In this document: positions 39,052 to 49,443 of the stretch, in pieces
How the letters are laid out: every line of letters begins with the position of its first letter
How positions within the stretch are numbered: the stretch's first letter is position 1
NCBI GenBank assembly: GCA_029261135.1
Contig: JAJDBX010000046.1
Span: forward strand, 16,158-80,157
Source: Nitrospirota bacterium
Lineage (GTDB): Bacteria; Nitrospirota; Nitrospiria; SBBL01; JAADHI01
Direction of reading: 5' to 3'
Length of the DNA stretch: 64,000 nucleotides
The notes under the pieces: generated by a model
What the model saw: the letters and a program-made list of their open reading frames with translations, nothing else
Databases searched by the model: none
Told to the model about the DNA's origin: nothing
Position numbers and translations under genes: made by a program

Positions 39052-39321
39052 TTATTTCCTTAAACCTAGTTTTTTAATAATCGCTTGATAACGATTCGTG
39101 TCGAATTTTTTGAGATAATCCAGAAGTTTCCTTCTTCGACCCACCATGTGGATCAGTCCTCTTCTGGAATGATGGTCTTTTTTGTGAACATTAAAATGAT
39201 CCATCAAACCCGAAATTCGATTTGACAACAACGCGATTTGCACTTCGGGTGAACCCGTGTCGTGGTCGTGTGTTGCATTCTCTTTGATGATCGTTTCTTT
39301 GACTTCTTTCAGTAATGACAT
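39052..39321 (-). CDS. rpsO: 30S ribosomal protein S15
   Basis: 89 aa, ..[48 protein letters not shown]. Confidence 0.95.
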   Translation of the reverse strand: MSLLKEVKETIIKENATHDHDTGSPEVQIALLSNRISGLMDHFNVHKKDHHSRRGLIHMVGRRRKLLDYLKKFDTNRYQAIIKKLGLRK

Positions 39322-39390
39322 TGACCTTTTCCTCCCGATATCCAGGGTATTTGATTTGTGATCTTATTTAAAAAAAAAGCTAACCTTCTT

Positions 39391-40392
39391 TTATGAATTT
39401 AGTATGGTTTTAATTTTAAACGGTGCTTCTTGCTCACCCCCCCCTGAGAAATTCGATTCCGAAGGGCAAAGTGCCTGTCCAATGGCAATTAATGCACCTT
39501 CAGGGTTCAAAAACCGGAGGGAGACACCCTGATCAAAGACCTCCCACCTTTCCAAACCCTCAAAACCAATTTGAACTCCATTTAAAACACGCGAAACCTG
39601 GGAGGCCTTGACGGTCAAGATTGGCAAACCAGACAAAGCCATGTCTAAGGGGTAAGCATACTTCTGCCAAACGCCTTCTTGGCAATGGGCAGAAAAAGAG
39701 TCGAGATCCACCGCATCATCTAAATGAAAATCACCCGCGCGCGTTCGACGGAGCGAAAGGAGGTGTGCTCCAACACCAAGCCTTCTACCAATATCCAAAC
39801 AAAGGGTTCGAATATATGTGCCTTTAGAACAAGACACCTTAAAAGCCACATCCTTCCCATGCATCCCAAGAAATAATATTTCGCGTATTGTGACAGGTCT
39901 GGCTGTACGCTTTACAACCTTTCCACTTCGGGCAACCTTGTAAAGCGGCACCCCGTTCATCTTGATCGCGGAGTACATAGGGGGCTGCTGCATATATGGT
40001 CCGACAAAAGAAAGCAGCGCCGCTCTGAGGGCGGATTCTGCAGCTTCCCCTTTCAAAGTATCGGGAATGTCACTCGAGCGCGTGACCTTCCCCGTGGCAT
40101 CTTCGGTATCGGTTTCCTCTCCAAGACGAAGTACAGCATCATATTCCTTATCTGCATTGTTCAAAAACGTGGCCAGTTTTGTTCCCTTACCAAAACAAAT
40201 GGGGAGTACACCCGTTGCTTCTGGATCAAGCGTTCCCAAATGCCCCACACGCTTCATGCGCAACAGGGGGCGAAGTTTTGCCACCACATCGTGAGAAGTC
40301 CATCCCGCAGGTTTATCAATATTGAGAAAACCACCTAAAAGTGGCTGCTGCGCGAGATCCTTATCCGAACTGAGTAGTTGGGCCCTTTTCAT
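39391..40392 (-). CDS. truB: tRNA pseudouridine-55 synthase with PUA-like C-terminus
   Basis: GFLNIDKPAGWTSHDVV..RVGHLGTLDPEATGVLPI contains the catalytic Asp motif. The start overlaps the rbfA stop. Confidence 0.9.
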   Translation of the reverse strand: MKRAQLLSSDKDLAQQPLLGGFLNIDKPAGWTSHDVVAKLRPLLRMKRVGHLGTLDPEATGVLPICFGKGTKLATFLNNADKEYDAVLRLGEETDTEDATGKVTRSSDIPDTLKGEAAESALRAALLSFVGPYMQQPPMYSAIKMNGVPLYKVARSGKVVKRTARPVTIREILFLGMHGKDVAFKVSCSKGTYIRTLCLDIGRRLGVGAHLLSLRRTRAGDFHLDDAVDLDSFSAHCQEGVWQKYAYPLDMALSGLPILTVKASQVSRVLNGVQIGFEGLERWEVFDQGVSLRFLNPEGALIAIGQALCPSESNFSGGGEQEAPFKIKTILNS

Positions 40393-40796
40393 GAAGTCTC
40401 TTCCGGAGGCGACTTAAGATTCGTCTCCAATTCGTGCTGATGGCGTAAGTTTTCTCCTTCAATACCAATCTCTTCAAGTACCCCTAAAAGATGTGACACT
40501 TTTTCTGTGGCCCGATCTGGCACAAATGTGAGCGCGGGAATCCGGCGAAGCGAAAGCCGCTTCGCCAATTCTCCTCGCACAAAACCGCTGGCCTTCTTCA
40601 GTGCGGAAAAGACCTTTTTCGCATCCTGCTTTTGCTGAATACTCACATAAACATTGGCATTACGAAAATCACCCGAGACATCCGCCCCGGTGACCGTCAC
40701 AAAACCAATACGTGGGTCTCGCACTTTTGTGGTCAGGATATCAGCGATCTCCTCTTTGAGCAGATCCGCAACTCGGTCTACACGAACACCTTGCAT
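40389..40796 (-). CDS. rbfA: ribosome-binding factor A
   Basis: RVADLLKEEIADIL..DPRIGFVTVTGADVSGDFRNANVYVS. Confidence 0.9.
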   Translation of the reverse strand: MQGVRVDRVADLLKEEIADILTTKVRDPRIGFVTVTGADVSGDFRNANVYVSIQQKQDAKKVFSALKKASGFVRGELAKRLSLRRIPALTFVPDRATEKVSHLLGVLEEIGIEGENLRHQHELETNLKSPPEETS

Positions 40797-40811
40797 AACG
40801 AGACTTTCCCC

Positions 40812-41102
40812 TCACACAAACTCCAAATGATGTCGAATAATTTCGACATCATAAACCCCTTCAATCTGTCCAACAACCTTATCGAGCACCCCATTCACCT
40901 TGCTTTTGTCGTTTGATAAGGTTGTCACACCCAACACCGCATTGTGCCAACGGTCTTGCTCGCCCACTTCTGCGATAACCACGTCAAATTTATTTTTAAC
41001 CTTCGATTTCAAACTGCGAAGCACTTGACGTTTTTCTTTTAATGAATGACATTGCGGCATATAAAGCTCAACAATACAAAGGCCAACCGTCAATCCTTTC
41101 AT
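40812..41102 (-). CDS. DUF503 (YlxP-like) protein
   Basis: 96 aa; ..LYMPQCHSLKEKRQVLRSLKSKVKNKFDVVIAEVGEQDRWH. It lies in the conserved infB-rbfA position. Confidence 0.75.
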   Translation of the reverse strand: MKGLTVGLCIVELYMPQCHSLKEKRQVLRSLKSKVKNKFDVVIAEVGEQDRWHNAVLGVTTLSNDKSKVNGVLDKVVGQIEGVYDVEIIRHHLEFV

Positions 41103-41163
41103 GCGTTCTCTTTGGAGTGGGATAGGGGATATTCAAGTAGAATAGCCGGAGCAATTCAAGCCG

Positions 41164-43671
41164 CTAAGCCGATTCGAGTTTGGTCGCGATTTCATCAAAC
41201 ACATACAATTCAAAGACATCATCAATCTCAATTTCACTAAACCCTTCAATCCCAATACCGCACTCATATCCTGTTTGAACTTCCTTCACATCATCCTTAA
41301 ATCGACGCAAGGAGGCCAACTTCCCTTCATAGATCTTCTCATCTTTACGAAAAACCCGAACCCCCGCACAATTTCTTGCGGCCATGCCCTCTTTGACATA
41401 TCCTCCGGCAATCACCCCCAACTTCGGCACAGAAAAAATTTGTCGGACTTCGACCCTTCCAAGAATCCGCTCTTCTAAGGTAGGTTCAAGTAAGCCTTCC
41501 ATCGCATCGCGCACATCTGAGATCACTTCATAAATAATTGAGTAGTAACGAATATCCACTTTCTCTTGATCAGCAAAACCTGTTACTTTGGCTTCAGGAC
41601 GCACGTTAAATCCCACAATAAAGGCATTCGATGCAGCAGCGAGCATGACATCTGATTCTGTAATATTGCCCACACTGCAATGAACCGCCTGAAGCTTCAC
41701 GGTATCCGTACTGAGATTTTCAAGCGACTCTTTCAAGGCTTCGGCAGACCCTTGTACGTCTGCTTTAATAATGACATTCTGTTCTTTCGCAATGCCATCG
41801 GCAATGCCTTGATAAAGGTCATCCAGTGTAGCCCGACGCACTTGGGTTAATTTTGCTGAACGTTCCCGCTGTGCACGGCTATTCGCCACATTTTTAGCGA
41901 CACGCTCATCGGCAACAACGATGAAGGTGTCGCCCGCCTGCGGAACACCGTCCATCCCAATCACTTCCACAGGGGTCGAGGGACCCGCTTCTTTGACCCG
42001 CTTCCCCTCATCATTGATCATTGCACGCACTTTTCCAAAATAAATGCCGGAAACAAAAGCAGTGCCAACTTTCAAGGTACCCTCTTGGACTAAAACCGTT
42101 GCAACAGGACCTCGCCCTCGCTCCATTTTGGCTTCCACAATCACGCCCCCCATCGGTTTCTGGGGGTTTGCTTTTAATTCCAATATTTCCGCTTGCAACA
42201 ATATCATCTCAAGTAAGTTATCTATCCCCGTTTTTTCCTTGGCAGAAACCTCAACAAAGATGGTATTCCCACCCCAATCCTCTGGGATTAATTCATATTC
42301 TGATAGAGCCTGCTTGACCCGATCAATCTTGGCATCAGGACGGTCTATTTTATTAACCGCGACAATCATCGGAACCTTAGCCGCCTTCGCATGGTTTATT
42401 GCTTCAATTGTCTGAGGCATGACCCCATCATCAGCCGCAACAACAAGGACAACAATATCCGTCACTTGGGCACCGCGAGCCCGCATTGAAGTAAATGCCG
42501 CATGGCCGGGAGTGTCCAAAAAAGTCACTGGCTTGCCAGAAGTGGTCACCATGTATGCACCAATATGTTGCGTGATGCCCCCTGCCTCTACGTCAGTGAC
42601 CTTGGTTTGTCGAATCGCATCCAGTAAAGAGGTTTTGCCGTGATCAACATGTCCCATAATCGTAATCACAGGTGGACGAGCAACAAGAGATGCCGGATCA
42701 TCCGGGATAGACTGCATCAAGAGTTCTTCTTCGGTCTTTTCAGCAACGACTTCAGCTTTGACCTCAAACCCTTCTGCAATCAACGCAGCTTCTTCAAGAC
42801 CGATCGGCTGATTAATGGTTGCCATTTTTCCGAGATCCATCAATTTCGCGATAATCCCAGTGGCTTTTTGACCCATTAATTCTGAGAATTCTTTGACCGT
42901 AAGCCCTTCATAAATCTTGATCACTTTTTTTCGTGGCTTCGCCACATCAACAACGGGTCCATGACCTTTCCTTGCTGACTTACGATCTTCTCTCTTATGG
43001 ATGGGCTTAAAGTCCTGCCATTTTCTTGTATCCGCTGTCGCCCCTTCCTTTAATTCCGTTTCTGTCGGAGCCCATTTCACACGACGTGGACGCTTTGGTT
43101 TTTCTTTCGGTTTTGATGCCTCTTCTTTTGCCTTCTCAACAACGACTTTAGGTGGCGTTACGACAACAGGCACCACTTTCTTTTCGGTCGAAGGGAGTGA
43201 CACAGTCGGCTCAGCGAGAACAGGGGGGGGGGCTTCCGAAATTTCCGGCGGGGCTTCAATCTCTTTCGTTTCTACAGACGAAACAACAGAAGCTTCCTCT
43301 AATGAGGGGGCTATCGACTCTTCCTGTGTGATGAGCTCTTCTGCGATGGGCGCTTCATCCGCTATCAGAAATTCAGGAGAAGGTTCAAGAGGAGATTCAA
43401 CCCGCTTTTTCCTTAAAACAAAGCGTTTTTTGGGTGAGACTTCAGGGGGTTCTTCAGCGACCTTCTTTGACTTTTTAATTCCTTTTTCCTTTTTAATTGG
43501 GGCTTTCTCTTTCTTTGTTTTTTTAACTTTTCCCTTTTTAAGAACAGCCTGGACATCATCCTCAGTCAAAGCGCTCATATGGCTTTTGACCTCAATATTC
43601 ATTTCCTCTAAAAGGACAATTAATTCTTTAGACGAGATGCCAATTTCTTTGCAAAGCTCAAAAACTCTCAT
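41164..43671 (-). CDS. infB: translation initiation factor IF-2
   Basis: Pro/Lys/Glu-rich N-terminus. GTPase motifs [17 protein letters not shown] and NKID. 835 aa. Contains an in-frame C10/G10 tract (43223-43232). Confidence 0.97.
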   Translation of the reverse strand: MRVFELCKEIGISSKELIVLLEEMNIEVKSHMSALTEDDVQAVLKKGKVKKTKKEKAPIKKEKGIKKSKKVAEEPPEVSPKKRFVLRKKRVESPLEPSPEFLIADEAPIAEELITQEESIAPSLEEASVVSSVETKEIEAPPEISEAPPPVLAEPTVSLPSTEKKVVPVVVTPPKVVVEKAKEEASKPKEKPKRPRRVKWAPTETELKEGATADTRKWQDFKPIHKREDRKSARKGHGPVVDVAKPRKKVIKIYEGLTVKEFSELMGQKATGIIAKLMDLGKMATINQPIGLEEAALIAEGFEVKAEVVAEKTEEELLMQSIPDDPASLVARPPVITIMGHVDHGKTSLLDAIRQTKVTDVEAGGITQHIGAYMVTTSGKPVTFLDTPGHAAFTSMRARGAQVTDIVVLVVAADDGVMPQTIEAINHAKAAKVPMIVAVNKIDRPDAKIDRVKQALSEYELIPEDWGGNTIFVEVSAKEKTGIDNLLEMILLQAEILELKANPQKPMGGVIVEAKMERGRGPVATVLVQEGTLKVGTAFVSGIYFGKVRAMINDEGKRVKEAGPSTPVEVIGMDGVPQAGDTFIVVADERVAKNVANSRAQRERSAKLTQVRRATLDDLYQGIADGIAKEQNVIIKADVQGSAEALKESLENLSTDTVKLQAVHCSVGNITESDVMLAAASNAFIVGFNVRPEAKVTGFADQEKVDIRYYSIIYEVISDVRDAMEGLLEPTLEERILGRVEVRQIFSVPKLGVIAGGYVKEGMAARNCAGVRVFRKDEKIYEGKLASLRRFKDDVKEVQTGYECGIGIEGFSEIEIDDVFELYVFDEIATKLESA

Positions 43672-43688
43672 TCAATTCTATGCTCGCC

Positions 43689-45074
43689 CTATGCCTTCTC
43701 TTTCTCAACATCTGTCTTCTCCAACGATTCTTTCCCCTTCTCCAGCAGTCTTAAATACTCACGGGCACTCTGGAGGAGACGAGATGCCGTTTTAGGCCCA
43801 ATCAGCGGCAAAGCAGACAAAGTCACTTCGTCCGATTCTGCCAGTGCCGAAACGGTTGCAATCCCATGCTCTTTCAGGATATCTGCCATCTTCTCTCCGA
43901 CCCCCGACAAATCCGACAAAGTAAATTCATGGGCAATTTCGGTAAGACGCTGGGCTTCCAAGACCTCTTCCTCTTCTTGTAAATCCTGTTCCCGAGAAAT
44001 CGCCGCAGAAATCTCCTGATCCCGCTCTTTCGCACGTTCATTTTCATATTCTGATTGGTCAATAATATCAACTTTCCAACCCGTCAATTTTGAAGCAAGA
44101 CGCACATTTTGTCCTTTTCTGCCAATCGCCAGTGAAAGCTGCTGCTCGGAAACGACGACGAGCGCAGACTTTTCTAGCTCGTTGACACCCACTTTATCCA
44201 CTACAGCAGGACTTAAGGCCTCTCCAACATAGGTTCTCGGATCATCTGTCCAAGTCACAATATCGATCTTCTCTCCTCTTAATTCACGGACAACCGATTG
44301 GACACGAGAACCGCGAACACCCACACAAGCTCCCACGGGATCCACCGATGAATCGGTAGAGAACACCGCAATTTTTGTTCGGTCTCCCGGCTCACGGACA
44401 ACGCCTTTGATCACAACAACACCTTCTCCAATCTCAGGGACTTCCATTTCAAATAATTTTGAAACAAATTCGGCTTTTCCTCTTGATAAAATAACTTGCG
44501 GCCCCCTCGACGAAAGTCTCACTTCAGACAAATACGCGCGAATCCGGTCACCCCGTCTATAGCTCTCCCTCGGCACCTGCTCTGAAACAGGCAGCAAGGC
44601 TTCCGTCTTTCCGAGCTCTACAATATAATTTCGCCGTTCTTGCCCGAGGATCATCCCACTGATAATCTCTCCGATTCTCCCCGAATATTCGCGATGAACC
44701 GATTCCCATTCCGCCTCTCGTACACGCTGAAAGATCACCTGTTTTGCCGTTTGGGCTGCTATTCGGCCCATCTCTTCCATCTCAAGCAGGGAGCCGATTT
44801 CATCACCCACTTCCGCCGTTTCATCCATCTCTCTGGCTTCTTCAAGGGACATCTCAACTTGAGGGTCAGAGACATCTGCTACAATCGTTTTGAGTGTAAC
44901 TGCTTCGATTTCTCCGGTGTCTCGATCCAGACGCACTTCAACGTTTTCACCCACGCCATAACGCTTCTTCACTGCAGAAACAAGTGCGGACTCGACTGCA
45001 GTCACAATCGTTTCACTTTCAATTCCCTTTTCCCGCCCAATCTGATCAATGATGGCAAGGAGTTCGCGACCCAT
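43689..45074 (-). CDS. nusA: transcription termination/antitermination factor NusA with C-terminal acidic repeat extension
   Basis: S1 plus two KH domains (QLSLAIGRKGQNVRLASKLTGWKVDI). 461 aa. Confidence 0.95.
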   Translation of the reverse strand: MGRELLAIIDQIGREKGIESETIVTAVESALVSAVKKRYGVGENVEVRLDRDTGEIEAVTLKTIVADVSDPQVEMSLEEAREMDETAEVGDEIGSLLEMEEMGRIAAQTAKQVIFQRVREAEWESVHREYSGRIGEIISGMILGQERRNYIVELGKTEALLPVSEQVPRESYRRGDRIRAYLSEVRLSSRGPQVILSRGKAEFVSKLFEMEVPEIGEGVVVIKGVVREPGDRTKIAVFSTDSSVDPVGACVGVRGSRVQSVVRELRGEKIDIVTWTDDPRTYVGEALSPAVVDKVGVNELEKSALVVVSEQQLSLAIGRKGQNVRLASKLTGWKVDIIDQSEYENERAKERDQEISAAISREQDLQEEEEVLEAQRLTEIAHEFTLSDLSGVGEKMADILKEHGIATVSALAESDEVTLSALPLIGPKTASRLLQSAREYLRLLEKGKESLEKTDVEKEKA

Positions 45075-45080
45075 TATGTT

Positions 45081-45535
45081 TTAACCTTTCTTCGTTTGGT
45101 TCAAAGAGGGAAACTCTATTTCAAGGCAAGCCGTTTGGACCTTTTCAAAAGGTAGCTCAACCTGCCTTCCCTCGTCTGTCGTGATATAGATTGTTCCACC
45201 ATTAAAATCAGAAAGTCGGCCAATAAAAACTTTCTGATCCATAATCTTTTCCATTGTTTTGATCTTTACTTTTTTACCAATAAAGCGCTTAAAATCTTTT
45301 TCATTGCGCAAGGGGCGATTAAGCCCTGGAGAGGAGACCTCAAGCCTGTATGCATTCGGGACACATTCAGCCACATCAAGCGCCGGACTGAGAAGGCGAC
45401 TTAACTTCGCACAATCCTCAAGCGCAACACCACCTTCCTTATCAACAAAAATCCGTAACTGGCCACCTGACACTTGTAGGTCAAATAAGTCTAGCCCCAG
45501 TGATCGCAATAAGGGTTCCGCAACTTTTTTAATGT
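45081..45535 (-). CDS. rimP: ribosome maturation factor RimP
   Basis: The homologous part starts at (L)IEDIKKVAEPLLRSLGLDLFDLQV. TTG 45533-45535 lies 4 nt after GGAGG. The 208-aa track ORF is a 5' over-extension. Confidence 0.85.
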
Positions 45536-45831
45536 CTTCAATCAAGGTTCCTCCGGAGGGAGAAACCACCTGATTGGGTTCTGCAGGCCACGCCGACTCG
45601 GGAAAACGCCCAGATCCGTCGACCTGTGGCTTAAGTTTATTATTTAAATTAGAATTCACAACTGGCCTATAAAAACAAAAGAGTGGGCATAAACACGACC
45701 CACTCACCTCAATTAGCCTAAAATCAGATTTTTATAACATAGTTTTTTGATTGAATGCAAGATATCTACACTAAATCAGCCCCAGTGATCAATCCCTTTT
45801 TCGGAAATGTCTTCTATCAAAACCCGATGAC

Positions 45832-46671
45832 CTATGACACATAGTCTTGAAAAATATTAAACAAGCTTAAGGTCACATCACCCGGCTTTGTTGACCCCAC
45901 CGGTTTCTGATTGAGACAAATGACGGGCAGCACCTCTATTGTTGTGCCAGTCAAAAAAAGTTCATCTGCCACATAAAGATCATCCAGTGGGAGGCTTCCT
46001 TCGACCATGGTCAAGCCGTTTTCTCGTCCCAGCCTCAAGATAATCTCTCGGGTAATCCCCGAAAGGATGTAAGGGCCAAGTGATGGCGTGACGATCTTAT
46101 CCCCGAAAACAGCAAAAAGATTGCTTCCTGCCCCCTCCATCACGTGACCCTCTCGAATAAATATTGCTTCAAACGCCTCCGCGCGCTTTGCCGCTTCTCG
46201 TGCCAACACATTGGGCAGCAGGTTCAGCGATTTCACATAACATCGCGCCCATCGAATATCTTCCGTTGAAATAATCGATACCCCCTTTTTTCGGATCTCC
46301 TCAGAAACCGGCTTGCTTTCACGAAAAGTCATCACTAAAGTTGAGCGCTTTTTCTTAGGATAGGCATGACCCCGCGGCGCAGTTCCCCGTGTGAGTTGAA
46401 TATAAATCATCGTGTCTTTAAACCGGCTTTTACGACATCCGAACTGAATGATCTTTTCGAGTATTTCTGCTTGATAAGGCAGCGCAATCTCTATCGCATT
46501 GGCACTCCTTTCCAGGCGAGTCAAATGCTCTTTCAACTCAAAACAAGCCTTTCCATAGGTGCGAATGACCTCGTAGACACCGTCTCCAAACTGGAAACCA
46601 CGATCTTCAATCGATATTTTTGCAGAGGAAAGTGATGTCCACTTTCCATTAATAAATGCGATATTCGGCAT
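45832..46671 (-). CDS. class IV (branched-chain/D-amino-acid) aminotransferase
   Basis: FQFGDGVYEVIR, a Lys region (CYVKSLNLLPNVLA), EGAGSNLF and LTGTTIEVLPV. 279 aa. Confidence 0.8.
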   Translation of the reverse strand: MPNIAFINGKWTSLSSAKISIEDRGFQFGDGVYEVIRTYGKACFELKEHLTRLERSANAIEIALPYQAEILEKIIQFGCRKSRFKDTMIYIQLTRGTAPRGHAYPKKKRSTLVMTFRESKPVSEEIRKKGVSIISTEDIRWARCYVKSLNLLPNVLAREAAKRAEAFEAIFIREGHVMEGAGSNLFAVFGDKIVTPSLGPYILSGITREIILRLGRENGLTMVEGSLPLDDLYVADELFLTGTTIEVLPVICLNQKPVGSTKPGDVTLSLFNIFQDYVS

Positions 46672-46675
46672 AGGG

Positions 46676-47344
46676 TTATCGATCCATCTCGGATTTTTTT
46701 CTCATCAGCACATAATAAAAAGCATACAGATCTTCCTGTTCTTCTTCAATCTGAAGCACATCGAAGGATGAAGCAAAAATGGAAAAAAATGTTCTTTTCT
46801 AAAAAATCGATCATAATGGCCTTGATGGACAACCCAGTCCCGGGTGCGGTTTTCATCGGGATGATGTTTAAAGTTTTCAGAGAAACAACAGAGAAGGAAA
46901 TAGCCTTCCGGCTTTAAAAGGGGCACAACACTTTCTAAATAGGCTGAAGTGTCTCTCCTTTTAACATGGTGCAGACAACCGTAATCAATCAAGACATCAA
47001 AAGAATTGTTCTCAAATTGGGAGATAAAAGACATCCCCCTGAACCAGCTGAAAATTTTCTCGAGGGCCTTCATGAAATTTCGACCCACGGGATAAAGCCA
47101 AAGACTGATAATCAAGTCCAATGAAAAAGTAGCCTGCTTGCGAAAAAACCGCCGTGTTTCGCCCTTCTCCACAACCGATATCCAGAATACGGCCCGATTT
47201 TTTTTCAGACTGAAAGTGATCTAAAAACCGGACAATCGCTGGGGATGTGCCTGTCACCGGCCATCCATGTTCTCCTTTTTGATAGGCGGCCTCAAAATAT
47301 TTCTTTTGGGTTTCGTAAATCGCCATGCCACTACCTGTTTTCAA
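46676..47344 (-). pseudogene. class I SAM-dependent methyltransferase with two frameshifts
   Basis: ILDIGCGEGRNT (motif I)..QGDVFYLP then TGA 47012-47014. It continues +1 as FENNSFDVLIDYGCLHHV..GHYDRFF. At the T7/A7 run 46783-46789 it continues -1 as SIFASSFDVLQIEEEQEDLYAFYYVLMRKKSEMDR* (TAA 46676-46678). Confidence 0.7.
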
Positions 47345-47346
47345 AA

Positions 47347-48552
47347 TTAGATATCCAAGGTTTCTTCGATTAAATCGCCTTGGGTGAAGCGCTCACCCGA
47401 TAGGCCCCCGAGGTCTAAGCTCTGATACTGGCCCTTCAAAATCAATTCTGCCAACCCGCGCCCCACTGCATAAGATTGCATCACCCCATGCCCGGAAAAA
47501 GAATGGGCTTCATAAACATTGTCGAGCCCGGAAACAGCACCAATAATCGCACTTTTATCCGGTGAAACGGCATACAAGCCCGCCCATCCCCCGATCAGCT
47601 TAAGCCGTTCAAAACCACTGCTCCGCTTGACCAGTCTGGGCCAGATCTCCTTCATAAAATAATCCTGCCCTTCATATTCAAATGCGTATCCCGGTTTCTC
47701 CGAGGAGACCGCATATCCCGCAAGAATATTCCCTGCTTCGTGATGAAAATAAAGGCCGCTTGCATCAACCATCATCCCAAAATCAGACAAATCCAGTGCC
47801 TGACAATGCATGACGACAACTTGTCTTCTGAGCGGTTTTGAGGGTATTTCTTTGCCATACATCTCGGCAAGTTGAGGCGCCCAACAACCTGCCGCATTAA
47901 TCAGCACCTTGGCCTTTATTCTTGTAAGCCTCTGTTCATCAGGCAAGGCCCCTGAAACCAGAAAGGCCTCCACCTCTGATTCAGACTGAACTTCCCGCGT
48001 CTGAATAGAGTGAACGCCAGCATCAACAGTGATGGATTCAATCACCTGATGATCAATCCAGTCCACCTTCGATCCTGAAGTATGAGAGCGGTAGTATTCC
48101 TTCAATAAATTCGGGTTGATCAAACCATCTTGAGGAGAAAATGTCGCCCCGTGAATATCTTCCAAACGGTCTAAAAAAGGAAACTTTTGAGTGATCATCC
48201 CAGGTGATAAAAGTTCGACATTGAGCCCCGCTTCTCTTTGCAAGTCGGTTCGTTTAAGCACTTGAGGCCATGCCGATGCTTCGTATAACCAGAGATACCC
48301 TTTTTGCTGAAACCCGACTTCGGTCGAGACAGATTCATAAAACGCGATAGAGGCCTTCGAAAGATCGATGTTGACCTGTGTGCCCCAGCTTGCTCGAACT
48401 CCACCCGCATTGCGTTCGGATGAACCCCATTTTCCGGTGAGATCACAATCGACCACGCCGATCTTGGTCGCACCCTGCTCCGAAAGGGCCATCGCGATAC
48501 TGCTCCCGATAATACCCCCGCCAACAATCAGATAATGGTAGGATTGCTTCAC
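47347..48552 (-). CDS. FAD-dependent oxidoreductase (DAO / sarcosine-oxidase-beta-like)
   Basis: YHYLIVGGGIIGSSIAMALSEQG dinucleotide fold. 401 aa, DAO-type length and C-terminus. Confidence 0.75.
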   Translation of the reverse strand: MKQSYHYLIVGGGIIGSSIAMALSEQGATKIGVVDCDLTGKWGSSERNAGGVRASWGTQVNIDLSKASIAFYESVSTEVGFQQKGYLWLYEASAWPQVLKRTDLQREAGLNVELLSPGMITQKFPFLDRLEDIHGATFSPQDGLINPNLLKEYYRSHTSGSKVDWIDHQVIESITVDAGVHSIQTREVQSESEVEAFLVSGALPDEQRLTRIKAKVLINAAGCWAPQLAEMYGKEIPSKPLRRQVVVMHCQALDLSDFGMMVDASGLYFHHEAGNILAGYAVSSEKPGYAFEYEGQDYFMKEIWPRLVKRSSGFERLKLIGGWAGLYAVSPDKSAIIGAVSGLDNVYEAHSFSGHGVMQSYAVGRGLAELILKGQYQSLDLGGLSGERFTQGDLIEETLDI

Positions 48553-48567
48553 AACTTCAATTCTGCT

Positions 48568-49443
48568 TCAATCAAAAAGGATTGTTCTGTTATTAAAAAC
48601 CAAAATTTTTCGTTTCAGATGCCGCCAAATCGCTCGAGAGAGAACCACCTTCTCCAAATCTCGTCCTTTTCGTACGAAATCCTCAACCTGATCTGCATGA
48701 CTGACGGAAACCACATCTTGCTCAATAATCGGGCCCCCATCTAATTCTGCAGTGGCATAGTGGGTTGTGACCCCAATAATTTTCACACCACGTTCATAGG
48801 CAGAATGGTAGGGTTTTGCGCCTGGAAAAGCCGGAAGGAAGGAGTGATGAATGTTAATCATGCGATTGGGGTAATGTTGAATAAAGTCATCCGATATAAT
48901 TTGCATGTAACGGGCGAGCACAATCAATTCGATGTTATGCTCATTAAGCAAGGCCAGTTCTTTCTTTTCTTGTTCGGCCTTGTTCTTATTTGTCACCGGG
49001 ATACAGTGAAAATCAATCCCTATGTTTTTTGCAGCCGACTCCAGGTCTGGATGATTGCTGATAATCAACGGAATATCAACCCGCCACTCTCCCGCTTGAT
49101 AACGGGATAAAATATCAAACAAACAATGAGAATACTTTGACACGAAGATTGCCATTCGCGGCCGCTCATCCGACGTGTGGAGTGACCAAGTCATTTCAAA
49201 CGGTATCGCAATATCCTCTTGAAACCGCTTTTCAAAGAGATCGACCCCGATTTCAAAACCACTTAAATTCCATTCCACTCTCATGAAAAACTGGTTTTCA
49301 TTCGGGTCAACATATTGCTCCAAATTGATAATGTTGCCGTTTCGTTCGCGAATAAATACCGTGACCGCCGCTATTAATCCTTTTCGGTCAGAACAAGTAA
49401 TTAAAAGAACAATGGAAGCGTGTTTATTATTTTCAAAAACCAT
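48568..49443 (-). CDS. purU: formyltetrahydrofolate deformylase
   Basis: N-terminal ACT domain (ITCSDRKGLIAAVTVFI) plus a formyl-transferase domain (INIHHSFLPAFPGAKPY.. TTHYATAELDGGPII). Confidence 0.9.
   Translation of the reverse strand: MVFENNKHASIVLLITCSDRKGLIAAVTVFIRERNGNIINLEQYVDPNENQFFMRVEWNLSGFEIGVDLFEKRFQEDIAIPFEMTWSLHTSDERPRMAIFVSKYSHCLFDILSRYQAGEWRVDIPLIISNHPDLESAAKNIGIDFHCIPVTNKNKAEQEKKELALLNEHNIELIVLARYMQIISDDFIQHYPNRMINIHHSFLPAFPGAKPYHSAYERGVKIIGVTTHYATAELDGGPIIEQDVVSVSHADQVEDFVRKGRDLEKVVLSRAIWRHLKRKILVFNNRTILFD

Noticed and set aside
43001-43795. 264-aa plus-strand ORF (Ser/Gly/Thr/Phe-rich)
   Set aside because: It lies entirely antisense to the Pro/Lys/Glu-rich N-terminal region of infB. 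It is a low-complexity mirror ORF with no start context.
44640-45155. 171-aa plus-strand ORF
   Set aside because: It is antisense to nusA and the rimP 3' end. No motif.
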